Source: Candidatus Latescibacterota bacterium
GTDB lineage: Bacteria; Latescibacterota; UBA2968
Direction of reading: 5' to 3'
Assembly (NCBI GenBank): GCA_965207885.1
Contig: OZ242311.1
Coordinates: forward strand, 2,752,001-2,816,000
DNA length: 64,000 nt
The notes under the pieces are model-generated. The model did no database searches. It was given only the letters and a program-made list of their open reading frames with translations, and was not told where the DNA came from. Position numbers and translations under genes: made by a program. Of this stretch, positions 49,642 to 60,373 are shown piece after piece. Positions within the stretch are counted from its first letter, which is position 1, and the number at the start of each line of letters is the position of its first letter.

Positions 49642-51258
49642 TCACCCGGGCAAATCCCGGCCATTTATACAACCGGGTCCACCGGCCGCCATATATCCAG
49701 AACTCGCCCCATTGGGATCATCCGTAACCCAAAACGAAAATAATCGCCCTGACCGCAAATAAAACCTGAACACCACAGGACGCCCAACAATCGAAGACAG
49801 ATTTTTGCCAGAAGTCCACAAAACCTCGCAACAGGTGCGATCCACACAAAGGGGTACACACTGATCCGCACTTAAACCCTCGACCAGCCGCCCATTTTCT
49901 TCCAGCACTTCCACCCGCAATTCACCCTTCGGCACCTCCGCATTCACAAATAATCGATGCCCCTTAAAAACCACAGGGCGCGTGGTTAGCACACCGCCTT
50001 CCGTCCCTGCATCCATAGATGCAAAACCATCCCTCCGAATAGTTGCCAACCCCGTACTCGCGCCCGCATACATCACGCGCCGACTTCGCCCGATCGCTCC
50101 CGCATCTGTCTTGCCGAGCTTTGGCGACTGGCCGGAGAAACCTGTGAAATAAATCCACACCTTATCCCCCACCACCATACAAACGCCGCCCACCGCGTGC
50201 AAATACGCCCGATTCCAATCGCCAATACGACGCGACGAGGCGAGAAAAGGCGTGCGATTTGGGCGGCTAAAATGAAACCCATCGCGACTATACCCCAGTT
50301 CCAAGTCCATTGTTTTGGGCACGCCCTTTTCCGCACAAATATCATTTTCAGGCCCGCGAAAAATTGCGAACATCCCCAGCATCAAACTCTCATAAGGCGT
50401 TGCATTCACATCGTAAAGCGCGACCCGGTGATCCGGCAGTGCAGGATCGGGCAAAGCGAGACTGTCGATGCGCTGCCAGAGAACCTCATCTCGATCCCGA
50501 TCCCACGTAGGCAAAAAATCATCGCACTCCCGATAAAATCGCGCGCGTAAATTGGCACTCTGCCGCCGAATGCTCATACACCACTTTTTGCGAAATGGAT
50601 TGTAAAAAAATGACGTATTATCGCCCACGGGTGTGGTCACAACGGGATCAGACCAGTGAATCCCATCGGGTGAAGTGTGCAACCAGCCCTCTGAGGCAGT
50701 CGCGTTTCTCCCTGTGTCATACCGATAATACTGAAACATCTTAAAGCGTTCTTCGGGTCTTTCTGCGTCATAGTCCAGCCACACCAGACACCCGTCTCAA
50801 TCGTATCCATCCCGATTGGGCCATACGAGATTCGTACCGCGCACAACATCGAGATCTGGACGATCCCAGTGAATACCATCTCGGCTTATTGCCAGTGCCG
50901 TACTGTGAAACCAGCCCGGCATGTACCACAGCTTAAACAACCCATCTTCGGGATCGTACCACGCGCCGTCATTAAACGGTGCAGCCATTGGACAATACCC
51001 ATTGTCCATTTCCTCATCCGTCTCGGGACTCAGGACGGGACTCGCCTCATGGATTTTTGCCTCGCCAAAACCCCTCGTTAGAGAAGTAGATGCAATCAGA
51101 AAATCATCCACAAACAACTGCCTGCCCAGATCGATGCAAATCACCTTTGGCGGATCGTCCAAATAGGGAACGGGAACAGGTGCCGTGCCGCCTTCATCCA
51201 CATCGCGAGGAGGCCAGGTCTCTGGCAACACAATCCCATTGTACAGCAATGCATTCAT
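49642..51258 (-). pseudogene. GH32-like beta-propeller protein with one in-frame TGA (50797-50799)
   Basis: GRQLFVDDFLI, SRDGIHW, SPDGIHW, SRDGFHF, RRDGFASM; the two ORFs share a frame: GYD*DGCLVWLD. Confidence 0.8.
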
Positions 51259-51274
51259 AATCTCATCCCATATT

Positions 51275-52213
51275 CTATTTCAGCGTCACAACCCCTTTGA
51301 TATAGCTCTCATCACCCGCCAAAATTTGCGCCATCAAAGCAGGATAATCTTCGAGCATTGCCGTATGTGTCACCAGCGGTTTGAGATCAATAATACCTTT
51401 GTGAATAAGGCGAATCGCAGGGCCAAAAGTATCTCGCAATTTTGAAGCCGGCGCGGAATTGACAACGGTAAATCCCCCCAAATGCCACTTCGTGGGATCA
51501 AAAGAGGCGGTCTGACCTTTGAGCCAGCCAAAAAGATTGATGCGCCCGCCGCGTTTCACAATATCGGTAGATAGATCCAGACCGGCCTGACTGCCAGAGG
51601 TATCGACAACCACGTCAATCTCTCTGCTCTTGAGTTCGCGCGATAGTTCTTGTAGATCAGCCTCTGCCGTGTTATACACCTCGCCGACGCCGAGTTGTTG
51701 TGCCAAATCCAGACGGCTTTGAACAATATCCAGAACGATCAAATCGTCGAGAGGATAGCGCAGAAGCCCTTGCAGGATTAACAAGCCCATAAATCCACAG
51801 CCGACGACTACAATGCGATTCCCGGGCAGAATCTGGCAATGGTCAATACCAGTGACGGCACAGGACACGGGTTCGACAATCCAGTATTCGTCCGGCAAAT
51901 CGGATTCCGGAATTTTGAAAACGCGCTGAGCGGATAAGTTGCGGATATTGGCAAAACCACCGCCAGCGACCCGGTCACCCTCTTTGAAATCCGTGACACC
52001 AGCACCGATTTTGGCGATATAACCAACGCCTTCGTGTCCCGGCGGTGCCATGGGATGCATCTGATTGCCGAGTTTGGCCGTAACCACATCCCACGAACAT
52101 ATCCCACACGCGCCGCCTTCAATTTGAACTTCGTTCTCTCCGGGATCGAGCACTTCCCTTTCAAACAGTTCAATACTGCCATCGTCTAAGTAACGAAGCG
52201 TTTTGTTTGACAT
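51275..52213 (-). CDS. Zinc-binding medium-chain dehydrogenase
   Basis: GICSWD, GHEGVG, VEP, GCGFMG. Confidence 0.9.
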   Translation of the reverse strand: MSNKTLRYLDDGSIELFEREVLDPGENEVQIEGGACGICSWDVVTAKLGNQMHPMAPPGHEGVGYIAKIGAGVTDFKEGDRVAGGGFANIRNLSAQRVFKIPESDLPDEYWIVEPVSCAVTGIDHCQILPGNRIVVVGCGFMGLLILQGLLRYPLDDLIVLDIVQSRLDLAQQLGVGEVYNTAEADLQELSRELKSREIDVVVDTSGSQAGLDLSTDIVKRGGRINLFGWLKGQTASFDPTKWHLGGFTVVNSAPASKLRDTFGPAIRLIHKGIIDLKPLVTHTAMLEDYPALMAQILAGDESYIKGVVTLK

Positions 52214-52229
52214 TGTCTTCTCCTGTTAT

Positions 52230-53156
52230 TTACACACCCCGTTGATCAAACCAGGCGCGGTAAGCCCGCACGCCGGATTCGAGGTCGTATTTGGGTTCGT
52301 AACCGAGTTGGTCTTTGGCAAGGGTAATATCGAGTGGCGCGCCGCGCTCGAGATTGACGCCCGGTCCAACTTCATACCGGGGATTGCCCGGCGAATGCCG
52401 CTGCACGACTTCGATAATTTCGTCAACGGGATTGTACGTACCCGTGGCAATATTAAAAGATCGACTGGCGACATTTGTCGCCCTGAGCATGAGCAAAACA
52501 CCCCGCGCGGCATCTTCGATATAAGTCCAATCGGCCTTTTGCTCGCGGCCTTTGGGCAGACTTACATCCTGTCCACTCAGCCCGGCAAAAATGCGCGTAT
52601 TAAAGCCCGCGTCCGGACCGGGGGCATTGGGAGGACCATATAAAAAAAAGAGGCGAGCACACAGAACATCGACGCCATAAGTCGCATAATACTGGTGGCA
52701 AAGATGTTCCGACATAGCCTTGGTTGCGCCATAGGGATCGCTGGGAATCATGGGCGTGTCTTCCGTCAGCGGTCCGTCTTGCTTGCCATAAACCGCGCCG
52801 CTGGATACATATACCACTTTCAGCCCGCCCACCTGTCGCGCAACTTCGAGAATATTGTGTGTCCCCCCCACATTGACCTGTGTCGCAAAATGGGGATTAT
52901 CGCGCACATCTCCCCCCAAAAGCGCGGCCGTGTGAACAATACCCGTGAGATCCGGATTATTGCGCACAATTTCATTGATATGTGCAAACCCCAGAATATT
53001 GCCTTCAACAAAGGTGATGCGATCAGACACATGTGACAAAAAATCATCGCGCCGTTCGAACATATCAAAAGCGATGACGTCTTCGCCCTCTTCCGCGAGG
53101 AGTTTGGCGACCCATGAACCGACAAAGCCAGAGCCTCCAGTGACGAGAATGGACAT
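52230..53156 (-). CDS. NAD-dependent epimerase/dehydratase
   Basis: TGGSGFVG, SSGAVYG, YGATK; GGAG RBS before ATG 53156. Confidence 0.92.
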   Translation of the reverse strand: MSILVTGGSGFVGSWVAKLLAEEGEDVIAFDMFERRDDFLSHVSDRITFVEGNILGFAHINEIVRNNPDLTGIVHTAALLGGDVRDNPHFATQVNVGGTHNILEVARQVGGLKVVYVSSGAVYGKQDGPLTEDTPMIPSDPYGATKAMSEHLCHQYYATYGVDVLCARLFFLYGPPNAPGPDAGFNTRIFAGLSGQDVSLPKGREQKADWTYIEDAARGVLLMLRATNVASRSFNIATGTYNPVDEIIEVVQRHSPGNPRYEVGPGVNLERGAPLDITLAKDQLGYEPKYDLESGVRAYRAWFDQRGV

Positions 53157-53198
53157 ATTAATCTCCAGAAGGGTTAAAAATGACGGTTTTTCGACTCT

Positions 53199-53227
53199 AT
53201 GATAATTGCCCCCATGGGGGATGTCAA
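53199..53227 (-). promoter_or_regulatory. Sigma70-type promoter with palindrome in the spacer
   Basis: TTGACA-17 nt-TATCAT; CCCCCATGGGGG at 53209..53220. Confidence 0.6.
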
Positions 53228-53317
53228 CGGCTTTGTGCGAAAGGCTTGACTTTGGCAATGGATTTCGTAACCTCATACGCGACATGTATTCTTATATCAC
53301 TATTACGGAGGACAACA

Positions 53318-54487
53318 ATGGCAACAGTAAAACTAACTGTTCACGCAGGCCCTCACAATCGGATCAACTGTCCGGTTTCAGCGTTGGTCGAAACGCCAGA
53401 AAGCGTGACAACGGCGGCCTTGAGCGCGGGAAATGGCGCAGTTCCCTGTCAGGTGACACCCGCGGGCGATGGTTTGCAGGTCAATTTCATTGTCGAGCAT
53501 CTCGAAGCGGGCAAAACCGCCGAGTACGAACTCACACTGGGAAAAGAACCAGCAGACTCCGGACGCGGTGTAGAAGTCACACAAGGTGAAAATGAAGTAT
53601 CTGTCTCGATTGGCGGCCAGCATTTTACGACCTATTGTCATGGCACAGAACTCGCGCGACCACTTTTGTATCCCGTCATCGGGCCTTATGGCGATCCGGT
53701 AACGCGACGGTTGGCTACGCCAGCAGACGGACGGGAAATGGATCACCATCACCACCGATCAATCTGGATTGCACACGGAGAAGTGAACGGTGCGGACAAC
53801 TGGTCAGAAGGTGAATCTCACGGACGGATCTTGCACCGTGACTTTGAATTGCTCGAAAGCGGACCTGTCCTGGGGCGCATTGTATCAAATAGCGATTGGG
53901 TGGGCATGGATGGTTGGACAGGGCCTCCGGGCAGAAATCGCGAGATTTTGGATCAGCGTGCAGAGTGGGTTGTGTACAACACACCCTCTTCTGTGCGAAT
54001 CATGGATTTGCACCTCACGCTCATCGCCCGAAATATGGATGTGTTATTCGGTGACACAAAAGAAGGCGGTCTGGCGTCTATTCGCGTGGAAGAGACAATG
54101 GAGGTAAAACGCGACCTGGGCGGCAAAATCGAGAACGGCATTGGCGGCATTGATGAAGATGAGACCTGGGGAAAACGCGCGCCGTGGTGCCATTATTCAG
54201 GTCCAGTAAATGGCAATATAACGGGCGTTGCCATCATGGATCATCCCAACAGCTTTCGACATCCCACGCACTGGCACGTACGCAATTACGGGTTGATGAC
54301 AGCCAATCCTTTTGGACACTCGTATTTTTACGGCGATGAAAGCCGGCGTGGGCATCACACACTCTCGCAGGGCGAGTCACTCGTCGGCATTTATCGCTAT
54401 TATTTTCACAAAGGCGACGCCACCGATGGCAATATCCGCGAGCGGTATCACGACTTCGCCCACCCACCGAAGGTTGAACAGGATTGA
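53318..54487 (+). CDS. DUF6807 (often mis-labelled PmoA family) protein
   Basis: RPLLYPV, DHHHHRSIW, FGDTKEG, IMDHP, WHVRNYGL; GGAGG RBS. Confidence 0.8.
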   Translation: MATVKLTVHAGPHNRINCPVSALVETPESVTTAALSAGNGAVPCQVTPAGDGLQVNFIVEHLEAGKTAEYELTLGKEPADSGRGVEVTQGENEVSVSIGGQHFTTYCHGTELARPLLYPVIGPYGDPVTRRLATPADGREMDHHHHRSIWIAHGEVNGADNWSEGESHGRILHRDFELLESGPVLGRIVSNSDWVGMDGWTGPPGRNREILDQRAEWVVYNTPSSVRIMDLHLTLIARNMDVLFGDTKEGGLASIRVEETMEVKRDLGGKIENGIGGIDEDETWGKRAPWCHYSGPVNGNITGVAIMDHPNSFRHPTHWHVRNYGLMTANPFGHSYFYGDESRRGHHTLSQGESLVGIYRYYFHKGDATDGNIRERYHDFAHPPKVEQD

Positions 54488-54498
54488 AGGAATTAATC

Positions 54499-55278
54499 AT
54501 GGACCTCAATCTCACCAATAAAGTCGCCCTCATCACCGGGGGCAGTCGCGGCATTGGTCGCGCAACCGCATTGCGATTTGCCGCAGAAGGTTGCAACATC
54601 GCCTTGTGTGCGCGCGGGCAAGCGGGCATAGACAAAACACTCGAAGAAATTCGCGCACACGACGTCGAGGCATTCGGACTCGCGCTCGATGTAGCCGAAC
54701 CCGGCGAAACCGAGCGATTCGTCAATGCATCCGCAGATGCTCTCAGCGGCGTTGATATCCTCGTCAACAATGTAGGCGGCACAGCCGGATCGCGCGAACT
54801 GCTCACCTCCACAGACGCCGACTGGCAACAAACCTTTGACCTCAACCTTTTTCACGCGGTTCGCGCCAGCCGCGCAGCTATTCCCCACATGACCAAAAGA
54901 AATGGCGGCAGTATTGTCACCATCTCTTCTATCTCCGGTTGGAAACCCGCAAACAGGGGCGCGCAATACGGCGCAACCAAAGCGGCTGAAATATTTCTCG
55001 CTGGCGCACTCGCGTGGGAATTGGCAGCACACAACATTCGCGTCAACACCGTCTGCCCGGGCTCGCTCCTTTTCCCTGGCGGCGGTTGGGAACGCTTCCA
55101 AAACGAAACACCAGAAGAATACGAAATATTCCGCACGCGCGAATTTCCCACACAGCGACTCGGCACGGACTTTGAAGTCGCCGATGTCGTCGTATTTCTC
55201 TCATCAGACCGCGCGAGTTGGATCAACGGCGCATCCATTCCCGTTGACGGCGCGCAGGGAAGACCCACGGCTTTTTGA
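54499..55278 (+). CDS. SDR oxidoreductase
   Basis: TGGSRGIG, VNNVG, YGATK, VCPG. Confidence 0.93.
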   Translation: MDLNLTNKVALITGGSRGIGRATALRFAAEGCNIALCARGQAGIDKTLEEIRAHDVEAFGLALDVAEPGETERFVNASADALSGVDILVNNVGGTAGSRELLTSTDADWQQTFDLNLFHAVRASRAAIPHMTKRNGGSIVTISSISGWKPANRGAQYGATKAAEIFLAGALAWELAAHNIRVNTVCPGSLLFPGGGWERFQNETPEEYEIFRTREFPTQRLGTDFEVADVVVFLSSDRASWINGASIPVDGAQGRPTAF

Positions 55279-55303
55279 ATGCAATAAGCTGTTGTACAAT
55301 GAT

Positions 55304-55347
55304 AAATCGGGCATATCAAGTCATACGATATGCCCGATTTCGTGTTT
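55304..55347 (+). terminator. Stem-loop terminator
   Basis: Perfect 14-bp stem AAATCGGGCATATC / GATATGCCCGATTT. Confidence 0.8.
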
Positions 55348-55407
55348 AATAGGTAAATTTAAAGCCTGTGTAAAACTTGAAGGTTGCTATCGCGCAAGAA
55401 ATTTCTC

Positions 55408-55455
55408 TTGCCCTTTATGAAGTATAAATATATTTTTAGCTATAACTAAAAATAT
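55408..55455 (+). promoter_or_regulatory. Promoter with DtxR/MntR-type operator
   Basis: TTGCCC-17 nt-TATTTT overlapped by perfect ATATTTTTAG-N6-CTAAAAATAT at 55430..55455. Confidence 0.7.
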
Positions 55456-55498
55456 TTTAATTCTTACAAAAATTTAAAATTATATCAGAGTAAAAGTT

Positions 55499-56713
55499 AT
55501 GACTCGCCCTCTCTATTTTTCTGATCTTGCCCGTGGCGTAACGCCCTTTCTCATCTATTTATTATTCGTTGGATGCGGCAAATTGTTAACAACGGCACCT
55601 GATGATACAACAGATGCCCCTATGGACAATCCTCCTTCTATTATGGCGGCATTCGCCCGAGGCGACGAACAATTTGCCCGAATTTTTACCATTTCAGATG
55701 GGTTGGGCCCAATTTTTAATCAGCCGAGTTGTGAGACCTGTCATCCAGGTGATGGTCGAGGCACGCCAGCAACGGCACTGACACGTTTTAGCATTGATGG
55801 AGATCTCGTGCCGACGCTGGGTGGACCGCAACTTCAGGATCGCAGCATTCCCGGGGTAGATCCCGAGACGATTCCACCTGGTGCTGAAACTTCGGTGCGA
55901 ATGCCTCCCCCGGTTTTTGCACGGGGTTTAATGGAGTTTATCCCAGATGAAACAATTATCGCGCTTGCCGATCCCGAAGATGCAGACGGCGATGGGATTT
56001 CCGGACGTGTGAATTGGGTAAAACCACCCGATTTTGTTCCGCCTTATATGAATGGATCAGGACCTGGCATGGCAGTCGGTCGGTTCGGCCTTAAGGCCAA
56101 TGTCGCATCCCTGTTGCACCAGATTGTGGCAGCTTATCACGACGACATAGGTATTACGACTGATTATATACCCGAAGAATCACTACATCCACGGGTAGCT
56201 GATTTGTCTTTGAGCGATATTGCGCCAGACCCCGAGGTACCCGCGACTGAAGTGCTGGATGTATTGATGTACATTCGCACATTGGCTGTGCCCAAACGCG
56301 GCGATATTACCCCTCAGGTTCACCGAGGGGATGCACTTTTCAATCAGATAGGGTGTGCATCTTGCCATGTGCCCGTGTTAAAAACAGGTCCGAGCGAAAT
56401 ACCCTCTCTCAATTTTGTTGACGCGCCGCTTTATACTGATATGCTGTTGCACGACATGGGGCCAGGTCTAGCTGACAACAGAGCCGATTGGACTGCCAAT
56501 GGACGCGAGTGGCGCACTCCTCCTCTTGTGGGTTTGCGCCTGGCAGCTGATAATTTGGGTGGCACCGTTCACTATTTGCACGATGGCCGCACAACCAATT
56601 TGAGTGAAGCTATTTTGACGCATGGCGGCGAAGCACAGGCTTCACGCGAGCGGTTTGCGGGATTGAGCGCAGAGGATAAAGAAGCACTGCTTGCGTTTTT
56701 GCTTTCGCTATAG
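55499..56713 (+). CDS. Di-heme oxidoreductase family (DUF1111) lipoprotein
   Basis: Lipobox FVGC, GLGPIFN, CETCH and CASCH, DADGDGISGR, EWRTPPL, YLHDGR. Confidence 0.93.
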   Translation: MTRPLYFSDLARGVTPFLIYLLFVGCGKLLTTAPDDTTDAPMDNPPSIMAAFARGDEQFARIFTISDGLGPIFNQPSCETCHPGDGRGTPATALTRFSIDGDLVPTLGGPQLQDRSIPGVDPETIPPGAETSVRMPPPVFARGLMEFIPDETIIALADPEDADGDGISGRVNWVKPPDFVPPYMNGSGPGMAVGRFGLKANVASLLHQIVAAYHDDIGITTDYIPEESLHPRVADLSLSDIAPDPEVPATEVLDVLMYIRTLAVPKRGDITPQVHRGDALFNQIGCASCHVPVLKTGPSEIPSLNFVDAPLYTDMLLHDMGPGLADNRADWTANGREWRTPPLVGLRLAADNLGGTVHYLHDGRTTNLSEAILTHGGEAQASRERFAGLSAEDKEALLAFLLSL

Positions 56714-56724
56714 GCACTATTATT

Positions 56725-57159
56725 ATGAGTCGATCCGAATGCGAATCTCATCTGACGCGTCGCGAGTTCCTGGCGACTTCACATGTGCTGGTTGCCAGTG
56801 TGGCTTCTGCGTGTGCAACCGCGTCTGTTTACCGGATTGGCACTACAGATGGTCGGGTACTGATCAATCCGACAGACTACCCCGAACTGAGACATTCGGG
56901 AGGGATGATTCAGCTTCGTGTCAATGGGATTGCAGATCCTCTCATCCTTATCCGACAAAAAGACGCTTATCAGACGTTTTCAGCTGTTTGCACGCACTTG
57001 CGCTGTTTTGTTAGACCCTCAAGCCACTTCCTATTGTGTCCCTGTCATGGATCGATGTTTGATTTGGAAGGCAATGCCGTTCGCGGTCCTGCAGACCAAC
57101 CTCTGGCGCGTTATAAAACAAAAATGTCTGCTGAAGGCATTGAGATTTCTATTGGATAA
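56725..57159 (+). CDS. Tat-exported Rieske [2Fe-2S] protein
   Basis: TRREFL, CTHLRC, CPCHGS. Confidence 0.92.
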   Translation: MSRSECESHLTRREFLATSHVLVASVASACATASVYRIGTTDGRVLINPTDYPELRHSGGMIQLRVNGIADPLILIRQKDAYQTFSAVCTHLRCFVRPSSHFLLCPCHGSMFDLEGNAVRGPADQPLARYKTKMSAEGIEISIG

Positions 57160-57172
57160 AGGCGGTATAGTG

Positions 57173-58348
57173 ATGAAACGACTCTGTCAATCTTTGTTGG
57201 CATTGGCCATTTGTTTGGGTGCGCGTGTCGATGCCCAAACAGAAGATGAAAACGCACCACCACCCTTTGTAAAAGGTGGATCTTACGACAAACCCCATCT
57301 GTTTAAGCTCGCTTCAGGTAGGGCAAATTTTGGTGGATATGCCGAGGCGCATTTTCGATTTGAGAAGACAAATGGTATTGTGGAAGAGCGCACATTTGTC
57401 CCCAAGCGGTTCAATATGTTTTTTCACTCTTTTGTATCTGAGCGTTTCAGGATGGCGGCTGAGTTGGAGTTTGAGGAAGGTACTGAGGAGATTTTGCTCG
57501 AGTTGGCTATTCTCGATTTTGAACTTCATCCAGCCCTCACATTTCGAGCAGGCATGTTGCTCTCGCCGCTGGGAAAATTCAATTTGGCCCACGATAGCCC
57601 ATCCAATAAGATGACAGATCGCCCCCTGGTGAGTACCCAGATCATTCCAACGGCGTTATCAGAACCCGGCGCAGGGATTTTTGGCGCATTTTATCCTTCA
57701 CCTTCAACGCGCCTGACGTATGAGCTGTATGCTGTAAATGGTCTGGATAGTGATCTGGTAGGAGAGAGCGATGAGGGGACGCGCATTGCCGAAGGACGCC
57801 ATAATGTCGAAGACAACAATAACAGCCCGGCACTTACCGGACGATTAGGCATTAGCCCAATACCCAAAGCAGATTTTGGGATCTCTTTTCACCGGGGGCA
57901 ATATAACACGACGTTTTTAGAAGATATTTCGATAGATGAAGCCCGACATGTGACGATTTTTGCACTCGACGCTGATTATGCGTGGAACGCGTTTCAATTT
58001 TTGGGAGAATACGCTCGGGCATCCATAGATCTGCCTCCTGGATTGATTGGATCGATTTATGCGTCCAGGCAGCAAGGTTTTTATATTCAAGGTAGTGCAT
58101 CGTTTTTCAAAGATGCACTACCGACGATTCCAGATGGTTATTTTGAAGGTGTTGTTCGCTGCGATTGGGTCGATTTTGATGCCGACCTGGTAGGGGATCA
58201 CCAAACACGCCTGACCTTGGGGCTCAACTTCAGACCTTCACCGGATTCGGTATTCAAATTCAACTATCTCTACAATTGGAGCCGCGATCGCAACAATGTC
58301 GAAGAACCTGGTGCGGGTGTACTGTGCAGTGTTGCGACATATTTTTAG
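57173..58348 (+). CDS. Outer-membrane beta-barrel porin-like protein
   Basis: Signal peptide, amphipathic strands, ELEFEEG, RPLV...IIP, C-terminal Phe. Confidence 0.8.
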   Translation: MKRLCQSLLALAICLGARVDAQTEDENAPPPFVKGGSYDKPHLFKLASGRANFGGYAEAHFRFEKTNGIVEERTFVPKRFNMFFHSFVSERFRMAAELEFEEGTEEILLELAILDFELHPALTFRAGMLLSPLGKFNLAHDSPSNKMTDRPLVSTQIIPTALSEPGAGIFGAFYPSPSTRLTYELYAVNGLDSDLVGESDEGTRIAEGRHNVEDNNNSPALTGRLGISPIPKADFGISFHRGQYNTTFLEDISIDEARHVTIFALDADYAWNAFQFLGEYARASIDLPPGLIGSIYASRQQGFYIQGSASFFKDALPTIPDGYFEGVVRCDWVDFDADLVGDHQTRLTLGLNFRPSPDSVFKFNYLYNWSRDRNNVEEPGAGVLCSVATYF

Positions 58349-58430
58349 AACTTTGTGATTTTTCAGGTGTTGCTTATATTAAACATATGTTGCGGACAGC
58401 ATTACTGACCCTGTCACAAGGAAAGACATC

Positions 58431-60356
58431 ATGTCTCTTCTCGAAACGATCAATTCACCTGACGACTTAAAGTCCCTGTCAATAGAAGAATTGCACCAGG
58501 TCTGTGCGGAATTGCGGCAATATATCATTGACGTAGTGACTGAGATTGGTGGACATTTTGGATCCAGCCTGGGGGCGGCAGAATTGACGGTGGCTTTGCA
58601 CCATCTATACAACACGCCTCAGGACAAAATTGTGTGGGATGTGGGGCATCAGGCGTACGGGCACAAAGTGCTTACCGGGCGGCGCGAAGCACTCAAAACC
58701 ATTCGCCAGCCGGGCGGCATTAGCGGGTTCCCGATGCGATCAGAGAGCCCGTACGACACATTTGCCGTGGGACATGCGGGCACATCGATCTCCGCAGCAC
58801 TGGGATTTGCGACACAGCGCGATTTGATGGGCGAAAAGCACAAAGTAGTCGCCGTTATTGGCGACGGCGCCATAACAAGCGGAATCGCGCTTGAGGGATT
58901 GAACAATGCCGGTGCATCCAATCGCGATCTGCTGGTCATTCTCAATGACAATCGCATGTCAATCTCGCCCAATGTCGGTGCTATTTCGCATTATTTGACG
59001 CGCATTATCACCGATCCGATTTACAATCGCGTGAGAGATCGGATCACAAACGATCCGCTTTACAAAAAAATCAAAAGAGAAGTCTGGAATTTGGCCGGAC
59101 GCATTCCCGTCGTAGGCGAAAATCTGCGCCGCGCGCTGAGCGGATTCGAAGAGGGATTAAAGGGCCTGCTGGTACCGGGTATTCTTTTTGAAGAACTGGG
59201 ATTTTTGTACCTGGGACCTCTGGATGGCAATGATCTGGAAGAGATGGTAAAAACCCTGAAAAATGTGCGGGATCTGAAGGGCCCTGTGCTATTACACGTA
59301 CACACCATCAAGGGCAAGGGCGCAATTCAAGAAGATGAGGAAGACCCGTATGGTGCCGATTCGATAAAATATCACTCGATCAGCCCGCCATCGCCCAAGA
59401 CGCCGCTGCCCAAATATCAGACGGTTTTTGGCGAGGCAATGATCGAGCTTGCCAATAATGACAGCCGCATTGTAGGCGTAACAGCCGCGATGTCCGAAGG
59501 CACGAGTCTGGATATTTTTTCCGAAGCGCATCCCGACCGCTTTTTTGATGTCGGCATTGCCGAACAGCACGCCGTGACATTTTCAACCGGAATGGCGCTT
59601 GAGGGCATGCGCCCCGTCGCAGCGATTTATTCCACCTTCTTGCAACGGGCTTACGACCAGATCATCCACGATGTCGCCCTGCAATCGGCACCGGTGATTT
59701 TCTGTATGGATCGCGCCGGACTGGTGGGTGCAGATGGTCCCACGCATCACGGCGATTTTGATCTGTCCTACTTAACCTGTGTGCCCAATATGATCGTAAG
59801 CGCGCCAAAAGACGGCGACGAATTGCGCGATTTGTTATACACGGCGGTGCAGCAAGTTGATAACCCATTTGCCATTCGGTATCCCCGCGGCAACGTGCAT
59901 ACCCCGCTTACAGGGCGCGAACCCGAAGTCTTGAAAATCGGTTCGTGGGAGGCATTGGCCGATGGCGAGGATCTGGTATTCCTCGCAGTAGGCACAATGG
60001 TAGATCACGCCTGCCAGGCGCGAGAAAAACTCCTGGAAGCTGGCATCTCTGCCGCTGTGATCAATTGCCGATTTGTCAAACCCATGGACCTGGAAATGCT
60101 CGACGATCTGGCCGACCGCTATCAGGTGTTGATCACCGTTGAAGAAAATACCATCGAAGGCGGGTTCGGATCGGGCGTTGCGCGCTATTTGAGCGACCAG
60201 ATGCGAGAGGGCCAGCGCATACACACCCTGGGCATTCCCGATCGCTTTTTCCAACACGGTTCACAGGGCGCGCTGCGCGACGAAGCGGGCATCTCACCCG
60301 AAGCAATTGCCGCAACTGCCCAGCGCGTTGTTGCGCGAGAACCCGTTGAATATTGA
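58431..60356 (+). CDS. dxs: 1-deoxy-D-xylulose-5-phosphate synthase
   Basis: WDVGHQAY, IGDGA, LNDN, DVGIAEQH, DRAGLVGADGPTH. Confidence 0.98.
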   Translation: MSLLETINSPDDLKSLSIEELHQVCAELRQYIIDVVTEIGGHFGSSLGAAELTVALHHLYNTPQDKIVWDVGHQAYGHKVLTGRREALKTIRQPGGISGFPMRSESPYDTFAVGHAGTSISAALGFATQRDLMGEKHKVVAVIGDGAITSGIALEGLNNAGASNRDLLVILNDNRMSISPNVGAISHYLTRIITDPIYNRVRDRITNDPLYKKIKREVWNLAGRIPVVGENLRRALSGFEEGLKGLLVPGILFEELGFLYLGPLDGNDLEEMVKTLKNVRDLKGPVLLHVHTIKGKGAIQEDEEDPYGADSIKYHSISPPSPKTPLPKYQTVFGEAMIELANNDSRIVGVTAAMSEGTSLDIFSEAHPDRFFDVGIAEQHAVTFSTGMALEGMRPVAAIYSTFLQRAYDQIIHDVALQSAPVIFCMDRAGLVGADGPTHHGDFDLSYLTCVPNMIVSAPKDGDELRDLLYTAVQQVDNPFAIRYPRGNVHTPLTGREPEVLKIGSWEALADGEDLVFLAVGTMVDHACQAREKLLEAGISAAVINCRFVKPMDLEMLDDLADRYQVLITVEENTIEGGFGSGVARYLSDQMREGQRIHTLGIPDRFFQHGSQGALRDEAGISPEAIAATAQRVVAREPVEY

Positions 60357-60373
60357 GCGGAGATAAAAAATAA

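Noticed and set aside
38748-50799. Genome-wide TGA reassignment (code 4 or 25)
   Set aside because: tnpB, dxs and the 13927 sulfatase end at TGA at their expected C-termini, and only two internal TGAs occur
53318-54487. Methane monooxygenase PmoA
   Set aside because: Soluble protein without TM helices and no pmoB/pmoC; the label is a family misnomer
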